A DNA stretch of 64,000 bases from Patescibacteria group bacterium (lineage in GTDB: Bacteria > Patescibacteriota > Microgenomatia > UBA12405), in assembly GCA_050943115.1 (NCBI GenBank), contig JBMNON010000001.1:50023-114022 (forward strand), written 5' to 3'. Below, piece by piece: positions 1 through 8,694 of the stretch (positions within the stretch are counted from its first letter, which is position 1; each line of letters starts with the position of its first letter). Below the pieces are notes generated by a model, which was given only the letters and a program-made list of their open reading frames with translations, was not told the DNA's origin and did no database searches. The position numbers and the translations under genes are program-made.

Positions 1-840
1 ATCGTAAAAACTACCATTATTGACATCCGCCGGGAACATCCAAAATTATGGCTGCGTTTTTCTGGGGAAGATGCCTTTAGGACAGAAATCTCAAGTCTTT
101 TTAATGTTTACGATCAAATTGCTGACCTTGTAGACACGATCGGCACTCCCGATACCACCGGCACTGCTACCCCAAAAACAGTAGCCCAAAGAGTCCGCGA
201 CCTCAAAACCCGCTACCCTAAAGTCAATCTTGAATGCCACTTTCACAACGATCTCGGCTTGGCTACAGCCAACACTCTGGCAGCAGTTGAAAACGGAGCC
301 GAGTTTGTCGATTCAACCGTTTGGGGCCTGGCTGAAAGATCTGGGATTACTTCTGTCACCGCCGCCCTAATTAATTTTTCCTACCTTGATCCAAAAATCC
401 TAGACAACTACAAAACAGAATTATGTTACCCCCTGAATGTTCTTATGGCTTCAATTCTAAAAATCCAAGTTCCCTGGTACGAACCGGTCTCCCTAACCAA
501 CAGAACCCATATCGCCGGTGTCCACCAAAAAGCCGTCCTGGCCAAACAAGGTTACGAAGCCCATCATCTGGATAAATTTGGAGTGATAACTGACCAGCTG
601 CTTCTTGGCCCTTTAAGCGGTTGGAACTTTATCCATTATTATCTCAAAGAGATTCTAAATTACATCGTCACCGAAGAACAGACCAAAGAAATTGCCGTCG
701 AATTCAAAAACCGCCAAAGTAAAACCAAAAAATCTATTGAACCGGAAAAACTTCTCAATCAAATAGCCATAGAATACAACTTGGTGAAAATTAGCATCCC
801 TGAAAAATTCGCCAAAACTCGCATTGAAAAACTGGACTGA
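1..840 (+). CDS. DRE-TIM metallolyase, 2-isopropylmalate/homocitrate synthase family (5'-partial, continues upstream of window)
   Basis: Frame 1 is open from nt 1. DTIGTPDTTG and HFHNDLGLATANTLAAVENGAEFVDSTVWGLAERSGI match the HMGL-like metal-binding motifs, and THIAGVHQKAV is the LeuA/NifV-type post-barrel motif. Confidence 0.6.
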   Translation: MVKTTIIDIRREHPKLWLRFSGEDAFRTEISSLFNVYDQIADLVDTIGTPDTTGTATPKTVAQRVRDLKTRYPKVNLECHFHNDLGLATANTLAAVENGAEFVDSTVWGLAERSGITSVTAALINFSYLDPKILDNYKTELCYPLNVLMASILKIQVPWYEPVSLTNRTHIAGVHQKAVLAKQGYEAHHLDKFGVITDQLLLGPLSGWNFIHYYLKEILNYIVTEEQTKEIAVEFKNRQSKTKKSIEPEKLLNQIAIEYNLVKISIPEKFAKTRIEKLD

Positions 841-911
841 AAGTTCAAGATCTCACCTTATTCTTATCTCTTTTTGTCTTAATACTTACTTAAAAGGTAT
901 ATTTTGAAAGC

Positions 912-1325
912 ATGAAAACATTAATTCTCTCCATAATTTTACCGCTCATCATATTAAGTTTTTCAAAAACTGCTCTGGCCGCTCCTTTTAAAGCCGCCGA
1001 CAAAAACCAGCAAATTGTTGCTTTTTACGAAGAAGGCACCCATGGTATCCCTGGCCAAACCTATACCCACGAAGGTAAAGATGTAGTCATGAAAGCCGGG
1101 GAAAGTCCAGTTGTCCAGCAATGGTTTGTCGGCACTAGTCAGGAAGAAGGATTCCATGGTGAGCATAGTGTCTGGAAGCTGTCAAAAGACGGTACTTGCC
1201 CTCCAAACTGGTTTAAAATGATAGTCACTGGGCCGGAAGGAAACAACTATTGGGGTGATGTTATGGAACCCGGAGCCACCTACTGCATCCACACCAGTCA
1301 GTTTCTCCAAGGGCAAAACCAATAA
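912..1325 (+). CDS. secreted hypothetical protein (N-terminal Sec signal peptide, cleavage near ALA-AP)
   Basis: ORF with N-terminal hydrophobic h-region MKTLILSIILPLIILSFSKTALA; no family recognised. Confidence 0.4.
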   Translation: MKTLILSIILPLIILSFSKTALAAPFKAADKNQQIVAFYEEGTHGIPGQTYTHEGKDVVMKAGESPVVQQWFVGTSQEEGFHGEHSVWKLSKDGTCPPNWFKMIVTGPEGNNYWGDVMEPGATYCIHTSQFLQGQNQ

Positions 1326-1376
1326 AAGCTGATTCATTCCCCAAATCACCAACGAGATAGTATACTGTTATTTACC

Positions 1377-1772
1377 ATGTCAAAACCCAACTACCCTCTT
1401 GCAGTCCTTGTTTTTATCCTTACTCTTGTAATCTTCACCATCCTCGGCCTTGCACTTTCCCGAAACAATCAAAATCTTCCACCGACAAACCAGCTCCCGA
1501 CGGACAACAGTCCCACACCAACTGCTATTGAAGCTAATTTTAATGAATCCGGTAACTTAATCAAAGAAAATGATTCCTGGAATTTCCTTTATGAAGAACC
1601 CGGTCAACCGGCTTTAAAAGTTTCTCTTAACTTTACCGGCGAAAGCCGCTGCGACATCTCCGGTTCTGTTGTTGAATGTGACGATGTAAACATAGAAACC
1701 GGTGCTCGGGCTATGGTAAAAGGCGACAAAATCGGCAATATAGTCACAGTTTACAACCTAATAAGCTTTTAA
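1377..1772 (+). CDS. hypothetical membrane-anchored/secreted protein
   Basis: ORF with N-terminal TM helix; Pro/Thr-rich segment then Cys-containing domain. Confidence 0.35.
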   Translation: MSKPNYPLAVLVFILTLVIFTILGLALSRNNQNLPPTNQLPTDNSPTPTAIEANFNESGNLIKENDSWNFLYEEPGQPALKVSLNFTGESRCDISGSVVECDDVNIETGARAMVKGDKIGNIVTVYNLISF

Positions 1773-2635
1773 GAAATATCTTCGGTATCTGACTCGTTAT
1801 TAGATATATGCTTCATCACTATCATATATCTGGACCATGTATAGTCACCAACTTCATCATTACCCTCCTCCCCCGGAACTCTCCATCCACAAAAAACTAC
1901 TACCAGATACTTCTCCTTTATCCTCTGCTCTGCTTGGGCATAATTCATTAGCGCTTTGGCATCACTCATAAATTCCCCTACTCCTTCAGGTGGAATTCTT
2001 ACCAAGTTCACCACTGAAAAATTTTCCCTATTTTCCTTTTGGACAAACTCTATTTCAGCCCTCATGATTAAATCAGCTCTTCTTTTTCTTTCATCTTCAT
2101 TAAATATATTTCCAAATAGCGACACTCCGCCCTCCAGAAAACTCCTCAAAGGCTCAGCCTCCAAAGGTATAGAATTTTTACTGCCACTATGCATTGCAAC
2201 CAGTGTGTAATCCTCTGTGTCCAAAGTAAATGCCCTACCGTCACCAGCTTTATATAATTCACCGACATCCGAAATTCCTTCAACATAAGGACTGGGAATA
2301 AATCCTATTTCAATACAACTCCCATCTTCCACCCTCACTATTCCTTGAACTTTTTCTTTGAATGACAAATTTATTTCACCAAAAACATATGGTTGTGACA
2401 TTTCTAATCCCGCAGATGGGACTATCACCGCACGCGGCTCATCATCAATGGGCTTTTTGCCAACCTCAATTGTAGGTACAGCTTTGGTATCATTGATAAT
2501 TCTCGAAATAGCTTCAGTACTTTCAGGCCCTGGGTTTTTATAGTTGTCTCCAGCACCACATGCAGACGCAGCCACACCTAGCACACTTAAAGCACTTATT
2601 TTTAAAAAATCTCTTCTGCCAAGTAATCTTTCCAT
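1769..2635 (-). CDS. Tat-signal lipoprotein, hypothetical
   Basis: MERLLGRRDFLKISALSVLGVAASACG carries a twin-arginine motif RRDFLK plus a lipobox-like ASAC. Confidence 0.45.
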   Translation of the reverse strand: MERLLGRRDFLKISALSVLGVAASACGAGDNYKNPGPESTEAISRIINDTKAVPTIEVGKKPIDDEPRAVIVPSAGLEMSQPYVFGEINLSFKEKVQGIVRVEDGSCIEIGFIPSPYVEGISDVGELYKAGDGRAFTLDTEDYTLVAMHSGSKNSIPLEAEPLRSFLEGGVSLFGNIFNEDERKRRADLIMRAEIEFVQKENRENFSVVNLVRIPPEGVGEFMSDAKALMNYAQAEQRIKEKYLVVVFCGWRVPGEEGNDEVGDYTWSRYMIVMKHISNNESDTEDIS

Positions 2636-2797
2636 AATTCATTTTTAAAATTAATTTAAAAATGAATTATGGAAATAACTTCAAACCACCCTTCAGGGAA
2701 CATAACACACAAACCTGTGCATCGCTGTTCCCCGAAGGAGGTGTTGGAGGGAATTTGGCACATCAATGTGCTTCCTTCCCTCCTCCCGAGAGATCCA

Positions 2798-3481
2798 CTA
2801 TGTTTCGTGCCGCCGCCCGGAACCATAGCCATACAAGTACCCGAAGAATGCTCCCAAGGCCATTGCTAGGAGAATAATAATTGCCATTTGGCAATCATTA
2901 TCCACACCACCCCCTGTAGGAATCAGTGGGATTGGTGTTGCCGTTAAAGTCGGCTGTTCCGGCGTCTCTGTCGGAGTGACTGGCGTAGCTGTCGGTGTCA
3001 CTGGAGTCGAAGTCGGCGTCATCGGCGTTGACGTTGGTGTCGGCTCCTCCGGCGTGCTCGTAGGAACTGGCGTTTCCGTCGGCTTCACGGGCGTTTCGGT
3101 AGGCACCGGAGTCTCAGTTGGCACCTCTGGTGTACTGGTCGGAGTCATTGTAGGGATCGGGCACTTGCATGTCCACGAAACGACAATGTGCGATATGTCT
3201 TGGCAGGCACTCGAATTGTCTTTCTCCCACACTCTCCAACCGGAATCATCCCAGGAAAACCCGAAACACTCGTTCGGACTACCTTGGTATTGTCCGGCCT
3301 TGATCTGAACGAAAGCTGACTCCACCCCATGTTCACAGTCAAACGATCCAGATTTCTCCGAATCGCTATCATTCCACTCGATCTTAACGGATCCGCCTCC
3401 ACAGGTTTCTGCTACAACCCACAAAGGGGTTGAAGCCAGAACCGTAACCAAAACGATCAACAAAAAGACTCTCCACTTCAT
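2798..3481 (-). CDS. GC-rich cassette: secreted Cys-domain protein with TP-repeat linker and C-terminal sortase-like sorting signal
   Basis: Start chosen at MKWRVFLL (ATG at 3481-3479) preceded by AAGGGAGGTCTGAA SD. Signal peptide, long TPTSTPEVPTETPVPTETPV... repeats, then LIPTGGG + hydrophobic helix + RRHET tail. Local GC is clearly above the window mean. Confidence 0.55.
   Translation of the reverse strand: MKWRVFLLIVLVTVLASTPLWVVAETCGGGSVKIEWNDSDSEKSGSFDCEHGVESAFVQIKAGQYQGSPNECFGFSWDDSGWRVWEKDNSSACQDISHIVVSWTCKCPIPTMTPTSTPEVPTETPVPTETPVKPTETPVPTSTPEEPTPTSTPMTPTSTPVTPTATPVTPTETPEQPTLTATPIPLIPTGGGVDNDCQMAIIILLAMALGAFFGYLYGYGSGRRHET
2925..3165. repeat. tandem low-complexity repeats encoding Thr-Pro-(Glu/Val/Ser) linker
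   Basis: Reiterated ggcgt/ggtgt/cggag units on the + strand; the opposite strand encodes PT(E/S/V)TP repeats. Confidence 0.5.
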
Positions 3482-3887
3482 TTCAGACCTCCCTTTCCTG
3501 TTCGTGTGAAGTATATTATCGGCCATCATTCTCACCACTATGGCAAGAATGTTTAACAAGGTTAGTTGCCAAGGGGCGGCAACTCTACAACAGATGGGGG
3601 TTAAAAGGGGTAATATATCCAAAAGGGACACTACCGGCAAATTTTACCGGCACTATCCCTCCTGGATATTTGATCTCTCGGATTGTTAAAGAACTATAAT
3701 CCACCCTCATTGATTAGCAATTAACCAAAAGTGGGAACTATAATACGACATTATAGGTTTTAATAGCTTAAAAGTCAATCACTTGATAGCCACTTTCCAC
3801 CATTCCTTGAAGCAAAATTCCAAAAATGTTATTCTTAAGAATAGATATCCTTGTTTGTGCCTTGATAATTACAAATTTTGATTTTAC

Positions 3888-4196
3888 ATGAACATACTCA
3901 TAACCGGCGACAATGTTGATATCACCCCCGAAATTAAAGAATTGGTTGATGAAAAAATTGACACCAAGCTCGACCCCCACCTCGCCCATTTCGCTCCGGA
4001 AATCAAAACTGCTGCCCTTAAAATCAGTCGTCAAACCAAAACAGGAAATTTCGAAGTTAATTTAGATATGATGTTGCCTGGAAAAATGCATGTTTACGCC
4101 AAAGCCGCCAATTCCCGTCTCGATTCAGCTCTTATTGACCTTAGGGAGCAAATAGAACGTCAGATTGAAAAATATAAAGCCGATCTAAGGCGATAA
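3888..4196 (+). CDS. hpf: ribosome hibernation promoting factor (short HPF/RaiA family)
   Basis: MNILITGDNVDITPEIKELVDEKIDTKL...IDLREQIERQIEKYK fits the YfiA/HPF pattern at about 100 aa. Confidence 0.75.
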   Translation: MNILITGDNVDITPEIKELVDEKIDTKLDPHLAHFAPEIKTAALKISRQTKTGNFEVNLDMMLPGKMHVYAKAANSRLDSALIDLREQIERQIEKYKADLRR

Positions 4197-4238
4197 CTGT
4201 AATTGCAATTTGCCCTTGCCTCACCTATAATACAGCCT

Positions 4239-4418
4239 ATGGCTAAAGCAAAAAAGACACCCAGAATATTAATCGCCCTAAACTGTGCTAAATGCGGCGC
4301 CCAAAATTATCTGAGTGAGAAAAATAGAACCAACACTACTGACAAGCTCAAATTCACCAAGTATTGTCGCTGGTGCAAAACCCGTACCGAACATCGGGAA
4401 TCTACCAAGCTCAAGTAA
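4239..4418 (+). CDS. rpmG: 50S ribosomal protein L33 (zinc-ribbon type)
   Basis: MAKAKKTPRILIALNCAKCGAQNYLSEKNRTNTTDKLKFTKYCRWCKTRTEHRE shows the C..C...C..C L33 signature. Start moved to the internal MAK. Confidence 0.8.
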   Translation: MAKAKKTPRILIALNCAKCGAQNYLSEKNRTNTTDKLKFTKYCRWCKTRTEHRESTKLK

Positions 4419-5464
4419 TGGTCCAAACTGAATCGCTTATTTCCGCCCTGGAAAATATCTACATCTCCCCTTTAGAGCAATGTAACTTGAACTGCAAGTA
4501 CTGCTACACTCACAAAACAAAAAATGTCCTTTCTAATAAACAAATATTAAACTTCGTCCGTGTTTATGGATCATTTTTAAAAAGTTACAGCCGCAAATTT
4601 TTGACAATCTCTCAACTCGGCAACGGACTTGACGGAGGCCAAAAATTTTGTGGCAAGACTGAAAATTCCCCTCGCTACAATAAATACATATCAAATTCTT
4701 TCAACACAAGTGCTTTTGACAGTCTTCAACGCCAAAACATTGACCAGCCCCAAAAACACCTCACCCAAAAGAATACATTATCCCTAAAATCCATCCTTTT
4801 TTGCGGCGGAGAAGTATTTCTTCTCCCTGACTTCCCTCCTCTGGTCAACCAACTTATCTCTCAAGGCATTTTTATTACCATCATCACCAACGGCACTATC
4901 GACCGGCTCTCCGAAATTAAAGACCCAACCAATTGTCAGCTATTAGTCTCCCTCGACGGACCCGAAAAAATCCACGATCAAAACCGAGGTTTGGGTAATT
5001 TTCAAAAGAGTAAAATTTTTATTCGTAATGCACTTAAATTAGGCTTTCCAGTGGAAATTATGTATCTCATAAGTTCCGCCTCTTACCCTTACAGAGACTC
5101 GTTTAACCTCTTTGATTTGCCCAAAACTTATCTTACAGACCGCCTTCATTCACTCGCTCCGGACCAAACCCTGAATATCAAAAAAAACTATCCTACCTAC
5201 CCCGCCAAAAACTTCGGTTGCTTTCAGCTGGCTTTGCAATCCGATACTTATATCTACGGTTGTTGCGAATCCTCAAAGTCCCTCGCCCGAATGTCTGATC
5301 CGCCCTCACGGATAATCGACAACTTCATCAATGCCCTCAAACCCTGCTCCCTCTGCTCCAATAAACAATGTCTGGGTTGCGTTGACCCCAGATACCTTTG
5401 TAGTTACAATTCCGAACTTTCCCAACAAAATTGCCAAAATGTTGTAAAATCTTTTACCCAATGA
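4418..5464 (+). CDS. radical SAM protein with SPASM/twitch-like C-terminal Cys cluster
   Basis: CNLNCKYCY (CxxxCxxC) at residue ~22, GGE motif FCGGEVFLL, C-terminal YGCC...CSLCSNKQCLGC. ATG at 4418 overlaps the rpmG stop (TAATG). Confidence 0.7.
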   Translation: MVQTESLISALENIYISPLEQCNLNCKYCYTHKTKNVLSNKQILNFVRVYGSFLKSYSRKFLTISQLGNGLDGGQKFCGKTENSPRYNKYISNSFNTSAFDSLQRQNIDQPQKHLTQKNTLSLKSILFCGGEVFLLPDFPPLVNQLISQGIFITIITNGTIDRLSEIKDPTNCQLLVSLDGPEKIHDQNRGLGNFQKSKIFIRNALKLGFPVEIMYLISSASYPYRDSFNLFDLPKTYLTDRLHSLAPDQTLNIKKNYPTYPAKNFGCFQLALQSDTYIYGCCESSKSLARMSDPPSRIIDNFINALKPCSLCSNKQCLGCVDPRYLCSYNSELSQQNCQNVVKSFTQ

Positions 5465-6483
5465 ATCAAAAATTTCAATCCCAATTTATCAAGGAATGGA
5501 CAATCCAGCTTGCAAGGGATTTTTTCCTGTCCCGGCACTTTCACGAGGTTGAAACTCCTACTCTCATGCCCCGGATTCCCATCGAACCCAATCTCTACCC
5601 GCTCAAAACCACTTGGGTCGAAAGAAAGCTTGATTTCTACCTGGCTACCTCGCCTGAAAGTTCTCTAAAAAAGTTAATCGCGGATGGTCTTGGCAACTGT
5701 TTTGCCATCAGCAAAGTCTTTCGTGATTTAGAAAATATAGGACCTACTCACAATCTGGAATTTTCCATGCTCGAATGGTATGAAATGGGCAAAACCTATC
5801 ATGATATCGCTCTAACTACTCAAAAATTACTAATACATGTTTACAATGGAATCCAAAATATATTAGGAATCTGCAATAACAATATACTCAACTACCAGGA
5901 TAACATAATTGATCTTAGCCCACCTTGGCACGAATATATCATGACTGATCTTTTTAAAAAATATGCGGATATGGATTTAAGCCAAAATTTAACCACCCAA
6001 AAGCTTAAAACCACCGCCCAAAAAAAAGGTTACAACACCGAAGGTGTTGACTCCTGGGAACCACTCTACACTCAAATATTTATTAACGAAATCGAATCCC
6101 GTCTTCCCATGGACAAACCCGTTATTATCTATGATTTTCCAACTCGCCAATCCCCCCTTTGCCAACCCTGTCCCAATTCCACCACCTTCTCTCAACGTTT
6201 TGAGTTTTATATCGGGGGCATGGAAATTGGCAATGCCTACACTGAATTGACAGACGCCAAGACCTTGGAAAAAAACTTTAAAAAAGAGGCTGCCTACCGC
6301 AAAAACCACTCCCTCCCCCTCCACCCTCCCGATGAAAAATTTGTTGAGGCCATTGGCCGTTTACCCCCCTGCGCCGGTATCGGACTGGGCGTCGACCGTC
6401 TAGCCATGCTTCTTGCCAATACATCCAATATCGAGGATGTTCTCTACTTCCCCACCTCCAAACTTATTTCTGACTCTAATTAG
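5461..6483 (+). CDS. epmA: EF-P--(R)-beta-lysine ligase EpmA/GenX-like (class II LysRS catalytic core, no anticodon domain)
   Basis: FHEVETPTL, ATSPESSLKKLIADGLGNCF, HNLEFSMLEWY (motif 2), RFEFYIGGMEIGNAYTELTD, LPLHPPDEKFVEAIGRLPPCAGIGLGVDRLAML (motif 3) align closely with E. coli EpmA. ATG at 5461 overlaps the rSAM stop (ATGA). Confidence 0.75.
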   Translation: MNQKFQSQFIKEWTIQLARDFFLSRHFHEVETPTLMPRIPIEPNLYPLKTTWVERKLDFYLATSPESSLKKLIADGLGNCFAISKVFRDLENIGPTHNLEFSMLEWYEMGKTYHDIALTTQKLLIHVYNGIQNILGICNNNILNYQDNIIDLSPPWHEYIMTDLFKKYADMDLSQNLTTQKLKTTAQKKGYNTEGVDSWEPLYTQIFINEIESRLPMDKPVIIYDFPTRQSPLCQPCPNSTTFSQRFEFYIGGMEIGNAYTELTDAKTLEKNFKKEAAYRKNHSLPLHPPDEKFVEAIGRLPPCAGIGLGVDRLAMLLANTSNIEDVLYFPTSKLISDSN

Positions 6484-7205
6484 CTTATCTTACTTGCCAA
6501 AACTCTAGCCGCCACCACAACTTCCTCACAGGCTGTTCTCTCTGCTGCCCTTCTTAAAACTTTTGAATACTTTCGCCTGGCTACCCAGGAACTAATTTCC
6601 GCCAATGGATACATATCAACAAAATACAATTTATTGCTTCCGTCTTCCACTACAAAATTTCTGAACTCGTCATGCGCCCGGTGAACACCTCCCAACAAAT
6701 CCGGCAAAACTGGATAACCTGCCTCTTTTTTTGTAACTTCGGCCATCTTGGTGCACCTTTCCAAAAAATAAGCCAATTGACTTCCCACATTGGCACTCAA
6801 CCTCCTCATCTCCGAAAGCGGTTGCCCCTTTATCCAATCCATAGAAATAATACAAACACAACCCGATGCCCATCTGGGATCGTCAACCACTTTCATTTCA
6901 CAACTCGGAATCATATTGTCAAGCCCCCACCTCTCGTCCTTAAGAAAATTAATACTTCTCCCCACTAGCCTTTCGTAATCTGATTTTTCCGGTATGCAGC
7001 TAAAGCCGCTTCCTGGCAAGTCGGGCAAATTAGTTACCTGTTTATGAACCCTGCCCTCTTTAGGGACCAAAACCATCGTATTCAAACCCATCTCTATCGT
7101 TCCCACAATGTATTCTACAACATTACCCCAAGGCTTGATAAAATAAAACAATATGACAAAAACAACTGAAAATAACCAACACCAACCGGAGCCCGCCCTA
7201 CCCAA
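6480..7205 (-). CDS. protein-kinase-like fold protein (Kdo/WaaP/KdkA-like), start uncertain
   Basis: HRAHDEFRNFVVEDGSNKLYFVDMY resembles a kinase catalytic loop plus a metal-binding D; the N-terminus is hydrophobic. Confidence 0.3.
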   Translation of the reverse strand: MGRAGSGWCWLFSVVFVILFYFIKPWGNVVEYIVGTIEMGLNTMVLVPKEGRVHKQVTNLPDLPGSGFSCIPEKSDYERLVGRSINFLKDERWGLDNMIPSCEMKVVDDPRWASGCVCIISMDWIKGQPLSEMRRLSANVGSQLAYFLERCTKMAEVTKKEAGYPVLPDLLGGVHRAHDEFRNFVVEDGSNKLYFVDMYPLAEISSWVARRKYSKVLRRAAERTACEEVVVAARVLASKIS

Positions 7206-7300
7206 GCGGCCCCCGATTCCTCAAATCCATCAAAAACCTTCTTTTGGCAATAAATCGTTCAACCGTACTTTCAACACACACAACCGTGGCCGCCGCTGAC

Positions 7301-8443
7301 TTATATCTTCTTCAATATATTCAATAGCTTGCCGTTAATCTTGTCCGGAGTAAAAACCTGCTTCATCCTATCCCTTACCTTGCCGCTTACTTCCTGGCGA
7401 TTAATTTCTCCGACCTTTTTATATACTTGAGCTGTCGACCTAAAATCTACCACCCAATCTTTTAAACCTAATTTTTTGAAAGTTTCTGCCACCCCCATAT
7501 TGGAGCTAACCAGAGCCGGAGTTCCGCAGGCAACGGCCTCCTGAGCTACATTTCCGTAAGTCTCAAAAAATGAAGGGCTCAAAACTACCCCCATATTACC
7601 ATAGAATTTAGCCAACCTCTGGTTATTCATCGGTTTAATTAACTTAACAAAATTATACAAATCACCCACATCATTTTTAGCCTTCTTGGTATCAGTTACC
7701 ACGTTAATTCTAAACAAATCACCGCGTTTATGGTTATATCTAACCAACTTCTTCACAAAATTTGGATTTTTTATATTTGACCAACGGCTAACTAAACCGA
7801 CGTTTTTGGCAGAACCCCCCTTCTTAATATCAAAGAAATGTTCCGGCACCGGATTGGGCAGCACTGCCCCCTGGCAAATCTTATGGCCAAAAACTTCGTT
7901 TTCAACAGTCTCCTTAGCTAGTTCCGACGGAAAAACATAGAACAATCTATCGTTGTCAAATGTCTTCTCCATTTCATTTACCAGTTTTCTTGGTTTTTCG
8001 TCCATATGCTCTGTTTCTTTAGTCAATATTCCGTGATAATGCAAAACCATTGACTGATTATTCTTATTCGACCCGGCCATAAATAAACACCATGGTACAA
8101 AGTATGTACCATTTACCAAAATTACGTCCGGCTTTTCCTTTTTAATTACTTCTTTATAGGTATCTATCAACTCTTGATAAGAGTTTTTTATGTCTTCAAC
8201 ACTTTCGGAATCCTTCAGCACATCCGCAAACACCTTGCATTTTTTATTAACTTTAAGCAGCTCAAAATTCTTCTTATCTTCTTTGTAAATTCCACTTTCA
8301 CAAGCATTCGGCTCTCCGCAAATTTCCACCCCGACAATTTTAACCTTCTTCTTTGAATCACTTTCTACATAATTAACAAAATTGGAAAAAGTCTGTCCGA
8401 TTCCTCCTAGTGGATTAGTTTGAACATTGGTTAATATTTTCAT
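7301..8443 (-). CDS. glycosyltransferase, GT4 (GT-B fold)
   Basis: FFETYGNVAQEAVACGTPALVSSNMGVAE matches the GT4 E..G....EA.A.G.PV motif. Confidence 0.65.
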   Translation of the reverse strand: MKILTNVQTNPLGGIGQTFSNFVNYVESDSKKKVKIVGVEICGEPNACESGIYKEDKKNFELLKVNKKCKVFADVLKDSESVEDIKNSYQELIDTYKEVIKKEKPDVILVNGTYFVPWCLFMAGSNKNNQSMVLHYHGILTKETEHMDEKPRKLVNEMEKTFDNDRLFYVFPSELAKETVENEVFGHKICQGAVLPNPVPEHFFDIKKGGSAKNVGLVSRWSNIKNPNFVKKLVRYNHKRGDLFRINVVTDTKKAKNDVGDLYNFVKLIKPMNNQRLAKFYGNMGVVLSPSFFETYGNVAQEAVACGTPALVSSNMGVAETFKKLGLKDWVVDFRSTAQVYKKVGEINRQEVSGKVRDRMKQVFTPDKINGKLLNILKKI

Positions 8444-8694
8444 AAGAAATCTCCATTCAAAAAATTATAGGATAGACTTCTATTTTACCATACGTTCACT
8501 TTATGTCAAAACATACAATTATAGGATTATCCGCGTCTTCTTATCATTCTCTTACACTAAGCTTACTCTCCCCTTAAACTTTGACCGTATCCTTATTCTT
8601 GAAAGGCACAAATAAAAAACACCAAGGTGAACTCTACCCCGTTGTGGGTCATACAAATTCAGCACCTTGGTTTTTTTATGTTATATTAGATTTC

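Noticed and set aside
2976-3308. 110-aa + strand ORF (MTGVAVGVTGVEVG...) with Gly/Val repeats
   Set aside because: It is the antisense shadow of the TP-repeat coding region of the minus-strand gene 2798..3481. Its repetitive G/V composition is a mirror artefact and it has no start context.
4418-5464. Calling the radical SAM gene epmB (lysine 2,3-aminomutase)
   Set aside because: The CxxxCxxC motif sits at the extreme N-terminus and a SPASM-like C-terminal Cys cluster is present. KamA/EpmB has the motif about 120 residues in and no SPASM domain.
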